A stretch of 64,000 nt of DNA, taken from contig JAYQLI010000012.1 of NCBI GenBank assembly GCA_038143065.1, forward strand, positions 64,001 through 128,000. The letters are read 5' to 3'. The position numbers and the translations under genes were made by a program. Within the stretch, counting starts at the first letter, position 1; each line of letters begins with the position of its first letter. The notes below the pieces were generated by a model, which was given only the letters and a program-made list of their open reading frames with translations, was not told where the DNA came from and made no database searches. Positions 23,679 through 34,508 of the stretch are shown one piece after another. This stretch comes from Rhodospirillales bacterium (GTDB lineage Bacteria; Pseudomonadota; Alphaproteobacteria; Bin95).

Positions 23679-24599
23679 ATGTCAAAATGGAATGATACTT
23701 CCATCCCGAGGAGGTTCCTACCTCCGTTTGCGTGGCTCGCCTCGTTCGAAGCAGTTGCAAGGCGCGGATCGGTCACAACTGCGGCCCATGAACTAAACCT
23801 TACGCAAGGCGCGGTCAGTCGCCATGTGCAAAAGCTGGAACAGCAAATCGGTGTGCAGTTGTTTGAACGGGATAAGCAGCGCCTGCATTTAACGGGGTCG
23901 GGTAAGACTTATGCAGAAGAGGTGCGCCAAGGCATAAGCCAAATAACCAACGCTGGCGTCAAATTGCATACTAACCCTAATGGGGGCGCGTTGAATTTAG
24001 CGGTGCTACCAGCATTCGGAACCCATTGGTTAGCGCCGCGTTTGGCGGATTTCATTGGCCAGTGTCCTGGCGTGACAGTCAATCTGTCAACGCGAACCCG
24101 TCCTTTTGACTTTTCGAACGAGAATTTTCACGCGGCCATACATTTTGGATTGAACGACTGGCCGGACGTGAACAGCTTGTTTTTAATGGAAGAAGAAGTA
24201 GTTGCCATTGCAGCACCCCTGATCGTGAAGCCAAGCGCCGCAAACGATATGGACGAGATTCTGAAAATGCCACTGTTGCATCTGCAGACACGGCCGGCAG
24301 CGTGGAGCCGTTGGTTTGCGCAACAAGATTTAGACGTGAAAAATATAACCGGCATTCAGTTTGACCAGTTTGCGACGATGATACAAGCAGTAGTTTCTGG
24401 CCTTGGCGCGGCAATTGTGCCCAAATATCTTGTCGAGAACGAGCTAAAACAAGGGAGACTGGTTGGGCTGGGCGGTTCTGCGACATCTGTAATTGGATCG
24501 TATTTTCTTGTATGGCCAGAACGCAGCGCACATCATCCCCCGGTTATGGCTTTCCAAAAGTGGATGAAATCCCTGGTAGGAGAAAACGCAATAATTTAA
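23679..24599 (+). CDS. LysR regulator (GcvA/GcdR-like), divergent from the gcdH operon
   Basis: HTH FEAVARRGSVTTAAHELNLTQGAVSR; LPAFGTHWLAPRL. Confidence 0.93.
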   Translation: MSKWNDTSIPRRFLPPFAWLASFEAVARRGSVTTAAHELNLTQGAVSRHVQKLEQQIGVQLFERDKQRLHLTGSGKTYAEEVRQGISQITNAGVKLHTNPNGGALNLAVLPAFGTHWLAPRLADFIGQCPGVTVNLSTRTRPFDFSNENFHAAIHFGLNDWPDVNSLFLMEEEVVAIAAPLIVKPSAANDMDEILKMPLLHLQTRPAAWSRWFAQQDLDVKNITGIQFDQFATMIQAVVSGLGAAIVPKYLVENELKQGRLVGLGGSATSVIGSYFLVWPERSAHHPPVMAFQKWMKSLVGENAII

Positions 24600-25108
24600 C
24601 CATCGGAGGTTGCCAGTTTTTTCTTAGATGGTTGTTGATTGGGACGCCAAGGTGCACGGCTACTGTGATCATTGGCAGAAATCAGTTTTTGGGTCAGCGT
24701 CATATACAAAGCGTATTCTTCATCTGTCAGAGGATCTATCAGCCGCCTTTGTGCTTTCACCATTCCAGGTTTCACTTTTTCGACAAGCTGGCGTCCCGCA
24801 AGGGTTATTTTGGCCAGCTTTGTGCGTTTGTCTGTCGGATTATCGGGCCGCTCCAGTAACTCGCGTTTGGCCAGACGTCTGATAACATCCGCAGCGGTGT
24901 TTCTGTCCACGCCAATCATTGAGGCAATGGTAACCTGATCGCGAACATTGCCATCTACAAGTACCGTAAGCACACCAAATTGGACAGGTGTTAGATCATG
25001 CTTGCCGCATTCCTCCAGAAAAAGGGCTACGTGGATTTGGTGCAACCGCCGAATAAGGTGTCCCGGTCGATCTGTAAGGTTTTGAAAAATCGAATCATCA
25101 ACTGACAT
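24596..25108 (-). CDS. MarR family regulator (PcaV/NicR-like)
   Basis: RPGHLIRRLHQIHVALF, LTPVQF, DKR...LAGR; divergent from the hydantoinase operon. Confidence 0.92.
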   Translation of the reverse strand: MSVDDSIFQNLTDRPGHLIRRLHQIHVALFLEECGKHDLTPVQFGVLTVLVDGNVRDQVTIASMIGVDRNTAADVIRRLAKRELLERPDNPTDKRTKLAKITLAGRQLVEKVKPGMVKAQRRLIDPLTDEEYALYMTLTQKLISANDHSSRAPWRPNQQPSKKKLATSDG

Positions 25109-25256
25109 AGAGGCTCTGGTTTTAATTACTGCTTAATCGGTATTATATACCAAAGCACCGTGATTTAAACCAGCGCTTGAAAATGTAAGGTACAGCGGGC
25201 CGCACACAGGAAGAGCCACAAGGTGTGTGGATGACGGATAAAAAAATGTCTTTTAT

Positions 25257-25286
25257 TTGACACCGCCAATTTCCGTAGTACACTAC
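25257..25286 (+). promoter_or_regulatory. sigma70-like promoter with overlapping palindromic operator
   Basis: TTGACA (25257), 16 bp, TACACT (25279); inverted repeat GTAGT-AC-ACTAC (25275-25286) covers the -10 box. Confidence 0.7.
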
Positions 25287-25321
25287 CTAATATTGTGTGT
25301 TCGAACTTTGGAGAAAACCGT

Positions 25322-27394
25322 ATGGGTTGGACAGTTGGTGTGGATGTCGGCGGGACATTTACTGATTTTTATGCAGCGAACGATCAAACCGGAGTGTTTC
25401 ACGTTCACAAAACGTCGTCCACGCCTTCGAACCCAGCTGAAGCAATTCTAAATGGTCTTGACGTAATGTGCACCAAGTTCGATATCCCAGCGGATGAAAT
25501 CGAACGGGTGTCCCATGGAACAACAGTTGGCACCAATGCGCTGATCCAGCGCACTGGAAGCCGTGTGGCCTTGGTAACAACCAAAGGGTTTTGCGATCTG
25601 TTGGAAGTTGGTCGCCAAACGCGCCCTCATATGTATGACTTGCAACGGGATCACCCCGATCCGCTAGTGGATCGGGAATACCGCATTGAACTGAATGAAC
25701 GTATCGGCGCAAAGGGTGAAATCGTTCGCGCTCCGAGTGCTGAGGATATCGATGCGGCTGTTGATGAAGTGATTTCTGTGGCTGCAGGCGCCTGCGCCAT
25801 TGGGTTTGTTTTTTCGTTCAGAAATGACAGCCACGAACAAGCGTTTGCAAAGGCCTTGCGCAAACGTGCACCAGAGATTGCGGTTTCGGTGTCCTCCGAA
25901 GTACAGCCAGAATTTCGCGAATATGAACGACTATCCACAACAGTTCTCAACGCCTATTTGCAGCCTGTTATGTGGCACTATTTGGAAACCTTGGAAGCAG
26001 GGATCGCAGAACGTGCGCCCAATGCCAGCCTTGGGATTAACCAATCAAGTGGTGGATTGATGTCGGTTCAGCGGTCAAGGGAATTTCCAGTGCGGACTGC
26101 TCTGTCTGGTCCTGCTGCAGGTGCAGTGGGCGCGGCCCATGCGGCACGTCAAACAGGACGCCGCAATATCATTACGCTCGATATGGGTGGCACCAGTGCC
26201 GATGTAGCGTTGATCCGTGACTACAGCGTTGATCTGGCGTTTGATCGTGATGTAGCTGGCTTTCCTATTCGGATGCCGTGCGTTGATGTGGAAACTGTTG
26301 GTGCGGGTGGTGGCTCGATTGCGTGGTTTGATCGTGATGGTCTGTTGAAGGTTGGTCCAAAATCCGCAGGGGCGTATCCCGGACCCGCGTGTTACGGCAA
26401 TGGCGGCGACGAACCGACAACAACGGATGCGAACCTATTGCTAGGTCGTTTGTCTTCACGCGGTTTGCTGGATGGTGAAATGGGGCTTGATCCAGAGTTA
26501 TCCCGTGCAGTTTTTAAGCCGATTGCGGATCAGTTGGGTTTTACCCTCGAAAAAACCGCACAGGGGATGCTGGGTATCGTAATTGCCAATATGGTGCGAA
26601 CGATCCGCACCATTTCTGTTGAGCGTGGACATGATCCGCGTGACTTTGTGCTGATGCCATTTGGTGGCGCTGGGCCTCTGCACGCCCGTGATGTGGCTGT
26701 AAGCCTCGGCATGAAAGAAATGGTTGTGCCCGCCGCACCTGGTATCGTTTGTGCTCAGGGTCTGTTAGTGTCTGATTTGAAAGAAGATTTTGTTGTCAGC
26801 CGCCGTATTGCATTGGATGACACTGGGATCGGTGTTTTGGCGCAAACATTAGCAGACTTGCACACCAAAGCCGTGGATTGGTTTGCCAAGGAGAAAGCCC
26901 CTGAAACTGGTCGTAGTGTTCAATTGATTGTGGATGCGCGGTATGTGGGTCAAAACTTTGAACTTGCAGTGCCCGTGGCCGCAGGTGCGCAGTTATCTGT
27001 AAACGATGTACCAAATGCCCAAACGGTGACCAAAGCATTCTGTGATGCGCATGATCAAGCTTATGGCTACGCCAGCGAAACTGATCCCGTTGAAATAGTG
27101 AATGTTCGCTTGTCGGCACGTGCAAAGTTACACACATTCGAGGACAAACCAGCCGTAGATAGTGAAATAGATGAACCACAGGTGCGCGACACTCGTTTAG
27201 TTTATTATGATAGCGATGCTCCTGTTGAATCGCGTATTTACGACAGTGCGGAAATGCGCCCGGGCCAACGGGTCACCGGCCCAGCGGTTCTGGAGCAAAT
27301 GGACACGACCACACCAGTTTACCCTGGTGATGTTGCTGAAATGACGCCCGATGGGCATTTGATTATCACCATAAAGCCGGAGGACCTTGCATGA
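25322..27394 (+). CDS. Hydantoinase/oxoprolinase A subunit (ATP-dependent lactamase)
   Basis: GVDVGGTFTD, HGTTVGTNA, SGPAAG, DMGGTSADV, GAGGGSIA, GGAGPLH. Confidence 0.95.
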   Translation: MGWTVGVDVGGTFTDFYAANDQTGVFHVHKTSSTPSNPAEAILNGLDVMCTKFDIPADEIERVSHGTTVGTNALIQRTGSRVALVTTKGFCDLLEVGRQTRPHMYDLQRDHPDPLVDREYRIELNERIGAKGEIVRAPSAEDIDAAVDEVISVAAGACAIGFVFSFRNDSHEQAFAKALRKRAPEIAVSVSSEVQPEFREYERLSTTVLNAYLQPVMWHYLETLEAGIAERAPNASLGINQSSGGLMSVQRSREFPVRTALSGPAAGAVGAAHAARQTGRRNIITLDMGGTSADVALIRDYSVDLAFDRDVAGFPIRMPCVDVETVGAGGGSIAWFDRDGLLKVGPKSAGAYPGPACYGNGGDEPTTTDANLLLGRLSSRGLLDGEMGLDPELSRAVFKPIADQLGFTLEKTAQGMLGIVIANMVRTIRTISVERGHDPRDFVLMPFGGAGPLHARDVAVSLGMKEMVVPAAPGIVCAQGLLVSDLKEDFVVSRRIALDDTGIGVLAQTLADLHTKAVDWFAKEKAPETGRSVQLIVDARYVGQNFELAVPVAAGAQLSVNDVPNAQTVTKAFCDAHDQAYGYASETDPVEIVNVRLSARAKLHTFEDKPAVDSEIDEPQVRDTRLVYYDSDAPVESRIYDSAEMRPGQRVTGPAVLEQMDTTTPVYPGDVAEMTPDGHLIITIKPEDLA

Positions 27395-29086
27395 GCGAGC
27401 GCACAGTAGAACTCGATCCGATCCGTCTGGAAATTATCGCCAATGGTCTGCGCTCAATTGCGGATGAATGCTTTGTGGCGTTGATGCGGTCTTCGTATTC
27501 GACCAACATCAAGGAGCGCAAAGACCATTCCATTGCGATTGTAGACAAAGTCGGCCGTTTGGTTGTTCAGGCGGAACTGACCCTGCCCATTCACATCGCC
27601 TCGATGGGGGGATTGATGAAATGTGTGTTGGAAAAATTTGGCGACGACATCAATGAAGGCGATATCTTTGTAGCCAACGATCCACACACGGCGGGCGGCA
27701 CACACTTGCCTGATATTAACTACGCAATGCCGATCTTTATTGACGGCGAGATCGTAGCTTTTGTGTGCAACATCGCCCACCACGCCGATATCGGTGGTAT
27801 GGTTCCGGGTTCTATGGCGGGTGGCATGTCGGAGATTTATCAGGAAGGGCTGCGTATTCCCGCTGTCCGCCTGTTTAACAAAGGTATTTTGCAACAAGAT
27901 ATCATGGATATCATGTTGTTGAACGTTCGAGTTCCCGAAGAACGCCAAAGGCGATCACAACGCACAAATTGCGTCGTGTCGATTGGGCGAACGGCGGTTC
28001 AAAGAAGTTGTCGGAGTTCATGGATTGTCAAGCGTTGTGACAGCGTTTGATGAAATTATCAGCCGTACAAACCAGCGGATGAAAGACACTATCGCGCAGA
28101 TACCTGATGGAGTTTATGAATTCAAAGACTACATGGATTCAGATGGTCTCTCGACCTACGATATTCCGATTTGCCTGAAACTGACGGTTAAAGGCGAACG
28201 TATCCATCTGGATTTTGCGGGCACCAGCCCACAGGTTAGAGGTAACATCAACACGACATTAAATGCAGTACAGGCCAGTGTGAGTTATGCGTTGATCGGG
28301 GCATTAGACAGCGAAATGCCATCCAACCAAGGTGTGTTGGACGCGGTTGATATTTCATGTGGATCTGGCACGATTTTGAACTGTGTCTTCCCAGCCCCCG
28401 TAGCGGCGCGTGCGCATGCCTGCCAACGGGTGATTGATATTGTTCTTGGCGCCTTGTCCAAAGCGATCCCAGACAAGGTGATTGCAGCGGCGAACGGAGC
28501 CAATACAACGGCTGTTTTTTCGGGCGTCGATCCTCGCACTGGTAAACCGTATCTGTACTTTGAAACCATCGGAGGTGGTATGGGTGCACGGGCGACCAAA
28601 GACGGCAAAGATGGCGTTCAAGTTGGCATAACCAACACATCAAACCTGCCAGTGGAATCCATTGAACAAGAATACCCGCTGCGGGTCGAAGAATACGGCT
28701 TTGTCGAAAACTCTGGCGGCGCGGGTGAATTTCGTGGGGGCATGGGATTGCGCCGCGTGTTAACACCTGTGGACCATGAATGTGTGTTCAACGGCGCGGG
28801 CGAACGGTTCCGGTATCAACCTTGGGGGTTGTTTGGCGGCGAAGCAGGTGCGTCTGGCCAATTCCAGATCGAAGACGCTGATGGCATACGCCGTTTGGAC
28901 GACAAACCGAATGAGGTTGAAGTCAAACTGGGCACGCGCATAACAGTGGAAACACCGGGCGCGGGTGGCTATGGCAAACCTGCTAAGCGGAATGCAGAAG
29001 CTGTAAAACGAGACCAAGAGAGCGGAAAATATTCGCCAGAGTTCATAAAAGAAAACTATGCAGAAACCAACTTCGGGGAGCAATAA
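27391..29086 (+). CDS. Hydantoinase/oxoprolinase B subunit (one frameshift near 27950)
   Basis: LDPIRLEII, NDPH..GTHLPD, HHADIGG, EIYQEGL, SGGAGEFRGG, TPGAGGYG. Confidence 0.93.
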
Positions 29087-29087
29087 C

Positions 29088-30125
29088 ATGCGTGTCTACT
29101 CTATGGTACGGCCCAAGAAACTGTCGGAAATGCCAGAAGCAATGGCACGGGCAGAACGGCTTGGCTATGACGGGACAACTTTGCTGGAACTGACTGTTCC
29201 ACCAACCTTGTCTGCTGCGGCTGGAGCGATGCTAACCAAAGATATCAAGATGATGTCTGGCGTTTTTGTTGCCTTTCCCCGTAGCCCGATGGCAACCGCC
29301 TATGATGCGTGGTCGTTGAATGAATTGTCGGGTGGGCGTTTCCAGCTTGGCCTTGGCAGCCAGATCAAGGCCCACATTACGCGCCGCTTTGGTATGGAGT
29401 ATTTGCCGGTGATCCGTCGGATGAAAGACTACATCAACGCTTTGAACGCAATTTGGGATTGTTGGCAGGATGGAACTAAACTGGATTATGATGGCGTGTA
29501 TTACAAACACAACCTCATGATACCGTATTACAACCCTGGCCCATTAACGACCGGCAAGCCGGAAATCCATTTGGCCGCGATCAACAAATTAATGTGTCGG
29601 TTGTGTGGTGAGGTTGCAAACGGCCATTTACCCGGTGATCCGATCACATGGAAATGGCACGAGGAAGTCATGTTGCCCAACCTTGAGATAGGTTTGGAAC
29701 GTTCCGGTCGCACGCTCAAAGACCTCGATCTGGGTGGCTATGGCTTCATCGGCTGTGCGACAAATACCGAGGGGCTGGATCGCGTTGCCAATGGTTTGAA
29801 AGAGCGGGTTGCATTATATGCGTCGACGCCAGAATATGCAGAAATGTTGTCAATGTTTGGTTGGTCGGTGAGCCAAGAAGATTTCGCCAATCTGTCCCGT
29901 CAAGGTAAATGGGCCGAAATGGGAAATCTGGTAACTGATGATATGCTTGAAGCCTATTCGGTGATTACAACACCGGAAGACCTGCCTTCTGCTTTGGCCA
30001 AAAGGTATGGTGGAAAAGTTGATCGCATCCCAATTGATGAAACATGGTTTGATGGTTTGACTGATGATCAAGTTGAAACACTGGTAACTGAAATTAAGAA
30101 AATACCCAGCCATGCTGACGGTTGA
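29088..30125 (+). CDS. F420-dependent LLM-class oxidoreductase (TIGR03617-like)
   Basis: VAFPRSPM..AYDAWSL..LSGGRFQLGLGSQIKAHITRRFG, YASTPEY, GKWAEM; co-located with cof genes. Confidence 0.88.
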   Translation: MRVYSMVRPKKLSEMPEAMARAERLGYDGTTLLELTVPPTLSAAAGAMLTKDIKMMSGVFVAFPRSPMATAYDAWSLNELSGGRFQLGLGSQIKAHITRRFGMEYLPVIRRMKDYINALNAIWDCWQDGTKLDYDGVYYKHNLMIPYYNPGPLTTGKPEIHLAAINKLMCRLCGEVANGHLPGDPITWKWHEEVMLPNLEIGLERSGRTLKDLDLGGYGFIGCATNTEGLDRVANGLKERVALYASTPEYAEMLSMFGWSVSQEDFANLSRQGKWAEMGNLVTDDMLEAYSVITTPEDLPSALAKRYGGKVDRIPIDETWFDGLTDDQVETLVTEIKKIPSHADG

Positions 30126-31623
30126 ACCCTTTCTTCAAAACGCCGATACCAGAGACTTTGCAGCTGAAGAATGGGATCGACTGTGCGCCCGTGATCCGTC
30201 AGCTTTGGCGGTTGCCGAAATTGACCGTGAAATCACTGTTGGTGAACTGATCAAACAGGCTCGTGTGCGGGCGGGACAGTTTATTGCACAAGGCGCGGAG
30301 CCAGGATCTCGGGTGATTGTTGCGCGCCCGAACGTGATCGAATTTGTGGTGGATTATCTCGCGGTTCGTCTTTGTGGTGCTGTATTGGTCAACCTTCCTT
30401 GGGCCGCAGGGACCAGCATCACGGAATTGGCAGAAATTCTGGACGCCAAAGTGGTTGTGCTGACCGAACATCTTGTTGGCGACAATCCTTTGTTTGATCA
30501 ACTGGGAGATCGTCGTTTTCGTGAAGATGAAACCACCGACATCGGACCAGAACGCCCTGTTGCACGGAGCGGCGAAGAATTGGCTTGGTTGGCCTGCACG
30601 TCTGGCACCACAGGTACGCCCAAGGCGGCGATGCATACGGGCGCCACGTGGCAGCGCCAAACCGAGGTATTTGCCCAACATTTTAGGCTGACCAAAGACG
30701 ACCCGATTTTGGTGTCTGCGCCTGTCGGTCACGCAGTTGCATTGTTGTTCGGTGTGCGGTTCTCGCTGTTGCTGGATTCACCGATGATTTTGGTGTCTCG
30801 TTGGAAAATCGACACGGCGGTGGATTTGATTGAGCGTTATAATTGTACCTTCACAGTTGCGCCGACGCCGTTTCTGATTGATATGGTTTCCTTTGCTGAA
30901 CAAAACGGCAACGAGCGAGTGAAATCGCTGAAATTCTTTCCATCTGCTGGTGCGCCTGTGCCACGCACATTGGTGCGTCGTGGCTTGGATGCTTTGCCCG
31001 GGTGTCAGGTTTGGTCCTATTTTGGAACGTCGGAAGCGGGCGCGGTAACGGCCTGCCCGTTGGACGCTGATTTGGAGAATCGTCTAGAGACAGATGGAAT
31101 AGCGATGCCCGGCACAACAACCCGTGTCGTTGATAATGAGCTGCAAGTGCACTGCCCTGAACAAATGATGACAGGGTATTGGAGCGGCGATCCGAATGGG
31201 CGGCTGCATGATGATGGCTGGTATCAAACTGGCGATGCTTGCGAACAGCGTGAAGATGGCTATATCAAGATGGTAGGACGTGCGCAGGATATCATTCTGC
31301 GTGGCGGAGAGAACATCTCACCGTTAGAGATCGAAAACACGTTGCTGAGCCATACTAGCGTCGAAGATGTTGCCATTATTGGCTATCCTGATGAGCGTCT
31401 GGGCTCTCGATTGGCGGCAGTAGTTGTTCAAACGGCTGATGTGACGCTGGACGATTTGCGTGATCATTGTAAAGGTGTTGGGCTTGATAAGGCAAAGTGG
31501 CCGGAATTCATGACATGCATCGACAAAATTCCACTGTCCGCAATTGGCAAAGTCCAACGCGGCGTTTTGGAAGATTACGTTTGGGATGAAGTCAAGAAAA
31601 CCGCAAAGAAAGGTGTTTCCTAA
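30112..31623 (+). CDS. AMP-binding acyl-CoA ligase
   Basis: TSGTTGTPKAAMH, YFGTSE, WYQTGD, IILRGGENISPLEIE, GKVQR. Confidence 0.93.
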   Translation: MLTVEPFLQNADTRDFAAEEWDRLCARDPSALAVAEIDREITVGELIKQARVRAGQFIAQGAEPGSRVIVARPNVIEFVVDYLAVRLCGAVLVNLPWAAGTSITELAEILDAKVVVLTEHLVGDNPLFDQLGDRRFREDETTDIGPERPVARSGEELAWLACTSGTTGTPKAAMHTGATWQRQTEVFAQHFRLTKDDPILVSAPVGHAVALLFGVRFSLLLDSPMILVSRWKIDTAVDLIERYNCTFTVAPTPFLIDMVSFAEQNGNERVKSLKFFPSAGAPVPRTLVRRGLDALPGCQVWSYFGTSEAGAVTACPLDADLENRLETDGIAMPGTTTRVVDNELQVHCPEQMMTGYWSGDPNGRLHDDGWYQTGDACEQREDGYIKMVGRAQDIILRGGENISPLEIENTLLSHTSVEDVAIIGYPDERLGSRLAAVVVQTADVTLDDLRDHCKGVGLDKAKWPEFMTCIDKIPLSAIGKVQRGVLEDYVWDEVKKTAKKGVS

Positions 31624-31624
31624 T

Positions 31625-32065
31625 ATGGGAATGCGTCACAACAATCTGACGATTGATGACATACAGGAACGGATCAACCGCTCCAAATACCATCAATTAT
31701 TCCAACCAAAAGTGCTGGAACTGGACAACGAAATAGAAAGGCTAAAGCTGCGGGTATCGATGTGTGATGAGTTTGAACGCCAGCCAGAAACAAATCAGTG
31801 GCATGGTGGCGTAATTGGATCCTTGGTGGATATCACTGGATGCTATGCGTTGATGCTGGTCGCTGGTGGCCCGATGCTTACGCTGAATTTCAGCACGGAT
31901 TTCCTGCGCCTTGCAGTGTCAGACCATCTGTATGCCATTGCAACCGTGCGGCGCATTGGGAGCACAGTTGGATTTGTAGATGTTGAAATCGAAGATGATG
32001 TAGGGGTGACAGTTGTAACGGGTCGTGCCTGTTATGCCATCCGCGCAAACAAAACAGAGGTATAA
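31625..32065 (+). CDS. PaaI-family thioesterase
   Basis: WHGGVIGSLVD hotdog motif. Confidence 0.88.
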   Translation: MGMRHNNLTIDDIQERINRSKYHQLFQPKVLELDNEIERLKLRVSMCDEFERQPETNQWHGGVIGSLVDITGCYALMLVAGGPMLTLNFSTDFLRLAVSDHLYAIATVRRIGSTVGFVDVEIEDDVGVTVVTGRACYAIRANKTEV

Positions 32066-32082
32066 GCCTGAGAGGTGAAGAC

Positions 32083-32766
32083 ATGACTGAATATTCCGAA
32101 AGTATGAACATTGCTATCATCGGTGGTACCGGCGCATTGGGCGCTGGGTTGGCACTGCGTTGGGCGCGAGCTGGCCACAACGTGGCCATCGGGTCGCGCG
32201 ATGGCGGGCGTGCTACTGATAGAGCCGCCGAGTTGTCCGCGCAAGCAGGTGCGAAAATTACAGGACATGACAATGCAACGGCTGCAGCCGGTGGCGATCT
32301 AGTCGTTATGGCAGTGCCTTATGCAAGCCACACGGCGACGTTGAACAGCATCAAACCGCATCTAGAAGGTAAAATTTACGTTGATGTTACCGTTCCATTG
32401 ATACCCCCAAAAGTGCGCACAGTTCAATTACCAGAGAGCGGTTCGGTCGCCAAGAATGTGCAAAAGGAACTGGGCGAAACTGTTCGTGTTGTTTCTGCGT
32501 TTCAGAACGTCGCAGCGGCTCATTTGAATGATCTGGATCACAGTATTGATTGCGACGTATTTGTTTGTGGTAACGACAAGCCTGCGCGCGGAACGGTTAT
32601 CAAGCTGGCCCAAGACGCGGATATGAAAGCTTGGCACGCAGGACGGATTGACAATTCCGCCGTAGCTGAAGCATTGACCTCTGTTTTGATCTTCATCAAT
32701 GGAGCCTACAAAATCGACGGCGCAGGCATCAAAATCATTGGCAAACCACAACTTCAAGACGACTAA
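32083..32766 (+). CDS. npdG: F420H2:NADP+ oxidoreductase (Fno)
   Basis: IIGGTGALGAGLALRWARAGH..AIGSR, DVTVPL, VVSAFQNV. Confidence 0.93.
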   Translation: MTEYSESMNIAIIGGTGALGAGLALRWARAGHNVAIGSRDGGRATDRAAELSAQAGAKITGHDNATAAAGGDLVVMAVPYASHTATLNSIKPHLEGKIYVDVTVPLIPPKVRTVQLPESGSVAKNVQKELGETVRVVSAFQNVAAAHLNDLDHSIDCDVFVCGNDKPARGTVIKLAQDADMKAWHAGRIDNSAVAEALTSVLIFINGAYKIDGAGIKIIGKPQLQDD

Positions 32767-32784
32767 GTCAACGAAGGAATTCGC

Positions 32785-33564
32785 GTGTCAATCCAAATTA
32801 CCCTTACGGCGCTACAGGATCTCCCGCTTGTAAAATCGGGGGACGATCTTTGCAGTTTGATAACAGACGGTTTGACACGTTTGCCACTAGTGCTGTGTGA
32901 TGGCGACATCATTGTCGTGGCGCAGAAAATAATTTCCAAAGCCGAAGGGCGTACAGTAAATTTGAACACTATCTCTCCCAGCGCGCGGGCGATGGAATTG
33001 GCGGGTGAAACGCAAAAAGATGCCCGTGTTGTTGAGTTGATCCTCAGCGAAAGCAAATCCATCGTTCGCAAGAAACCAGGCGTGATGATTGTTGAACACA
33101 ATCGCGGCTGGATCATGGCAAACGCGGGAATTGATACGTCGAATGTTCGGTCCGACAGTGGTGAAGAAAACGTTCTATTACTGCCACTGGATCCAGAACA
33201 GAGTGCAACAAACTTGCGCGATGCATTGATGCAGCGGCACGGTTGCGATGTCGCTGTGGTTGTTTCTGACAGTTTCGGACGGCCCTGGCGGTTAGGTACA
33301 ACGGGTGTCGCAATTGGCGCCTCTGGACTACCGAGCCTGTGGGACAGACGCGGCGAAGTTGATTTGTTTGGACGCAAACTGATTGTCACACAACAAGCCA
33401 TCGCAGACGAAGTCGCTACGGCCGCATCATTATTGCAGGGGCAAACCGCCGAAGGGCGACCTGTGGTGCATATGCGGGGGCTGGAATTTGGAGGTCATGC
33501 CTCGGCGCATCATCGCCCTGCCTCTGATCTGATCCGTGATATCGCCGAGGATATGTTCCGATGA
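32785..33564 (+). CDS. cofE: F420-0:gamma-glutamyl ligase (no fused nitroreductase domain)
   Basis: VAQKIISKAEGR, ANAGIDTSN, SDSFGRPWRLG, DLFGR, ADEVA. Confidence 0.95.
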   Translation: MSIQITLTALQDLPLVKSGDDLCSLITDGLTRLPLVLCDGDIIVVAQKIISKAEGRTVNLNTISPSARAMELAGETQKDARVVELILSESKSIVRKKPGVMIVEHNRGWIMANAGIDTSNVRSDSGEENVLLLPLDPEQSATNLRDALMQRHGCDVAVVVSDSFGRPWRLGTTGVAIGASGLPSLWDRRGEVDLFGRKLIVTQQAIADEVATAASLLQGQTAEGRPVVHMRGLEFGGHASAHHRPASDLIRDIAEDMFR

Positions 33565-34508
33565 GCGGAGCCGTTGTAACCTTGTCTGGTGGCGTCGGCG
33601 GTGCCAAACTGGTGCTGGGCATGTCCTATGTTGTTGCGGGCAGAGAACTGGTCGTTGTTTGCAATACTGGCGATGATTTCACGCATCTCGGTCTGCGAGT
33701 ATGCCCCGATATCGATTCCGTTCTATATGCGCTGTCTGGCCTGTCTGATCAGACGCGGGGTGGGGAAGAAAAAGACGAATCTTGGACCTTTATGTCCGCG
33801 ATGAAGGATTTGCAGGGACCAGATTGGTTCAATCTGGGTGACAGAGATTTGGCCACGCATGTTTTGCGCACAGATATGTTGGCGCAGAATAAAACGATGA
33901 CGGAAGTGACCGGTAATTTGGCGCTGCGGATGGGTATCGAGGCGGATATTCTGCCGATGAGCGATGATCCCGTTGCGACTATTGTTCATACAGACGCAGG
34001 TGATCTGGCATTTCAGCATTATTTTGTGCGCGAGCAATGCGGACCGCGTGTTGCTGGGTTCTCTTTTGATGGAACCGAAAATGCGGAACCACAGCCGCAG
34101 ATATTGGACGTGCTGCAATCTGACCCAGAATCTATTATCATCGCGCCGTCTAACCCTTACGTTAGTGTTGATCCCATTTTGCAGCTGAAAGGAATGAAGA
34201 CGGCGCTGAAAAATGCAGGCGCTCCCATTGTGGCCGTCTCGCCGATTATTGGTGGGAAAGCCATCAAAGGGCCAGCTGCCAAGATGATGCAAGAGTTGGG
34301 CAAAGACGTTTCGGTGCTTAGCATTGCAGCTCACTATCAAGATTTGATCGACGGTCTGGTGATTGATGTTAAGGACGCAGAATTGGCACCGCAAATTCGC
34401 GAGATGGGGATAAAAACCCTCGTCACACAATCAGTCATGACTGATCTGAACAGTCGCATTGAATTGGCACAAGCGACGCTGGATTTCGCACGGGACTGTG
34501 GGTCATGA
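33561..34508 (+). CDS. cofD: 2-phospho-L-lactate/PEP transferase
   Basis: LSGGVGGAKL, NTGDDF, CPDIDS, WFNLGDRDLATH, SNPYVSVDPI, KGPAAKMM. Confidence 0.96.
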   Translation: MSGAVVTLSGGVGGAKLVLGMSYVVAGRELVVVCNTGDDFTHLGLRVCPDIDSVLYALSGLSDQTRGGEEKDESWTFMSAMKDLQGPDWFNLGDRDLATHVLRTDMLAQNKTMTEVTGNLALRMGIEADILPMSDDPVATIVHTDAGDLAFQHYFVREQCGPRVAGFSFDGTENAEPQPQILDVLQSDPESIIIAPSNPYVSVDPILQLKGMKTALKNAGAPIVAVSPIIGGKAIKGPAAKMMQELGKDVSVLSIAAHYQDLIDGLVIDVKDAELAPQIREMGIKTLVTQSVMTDLNSRIELAQATLDFARDCGS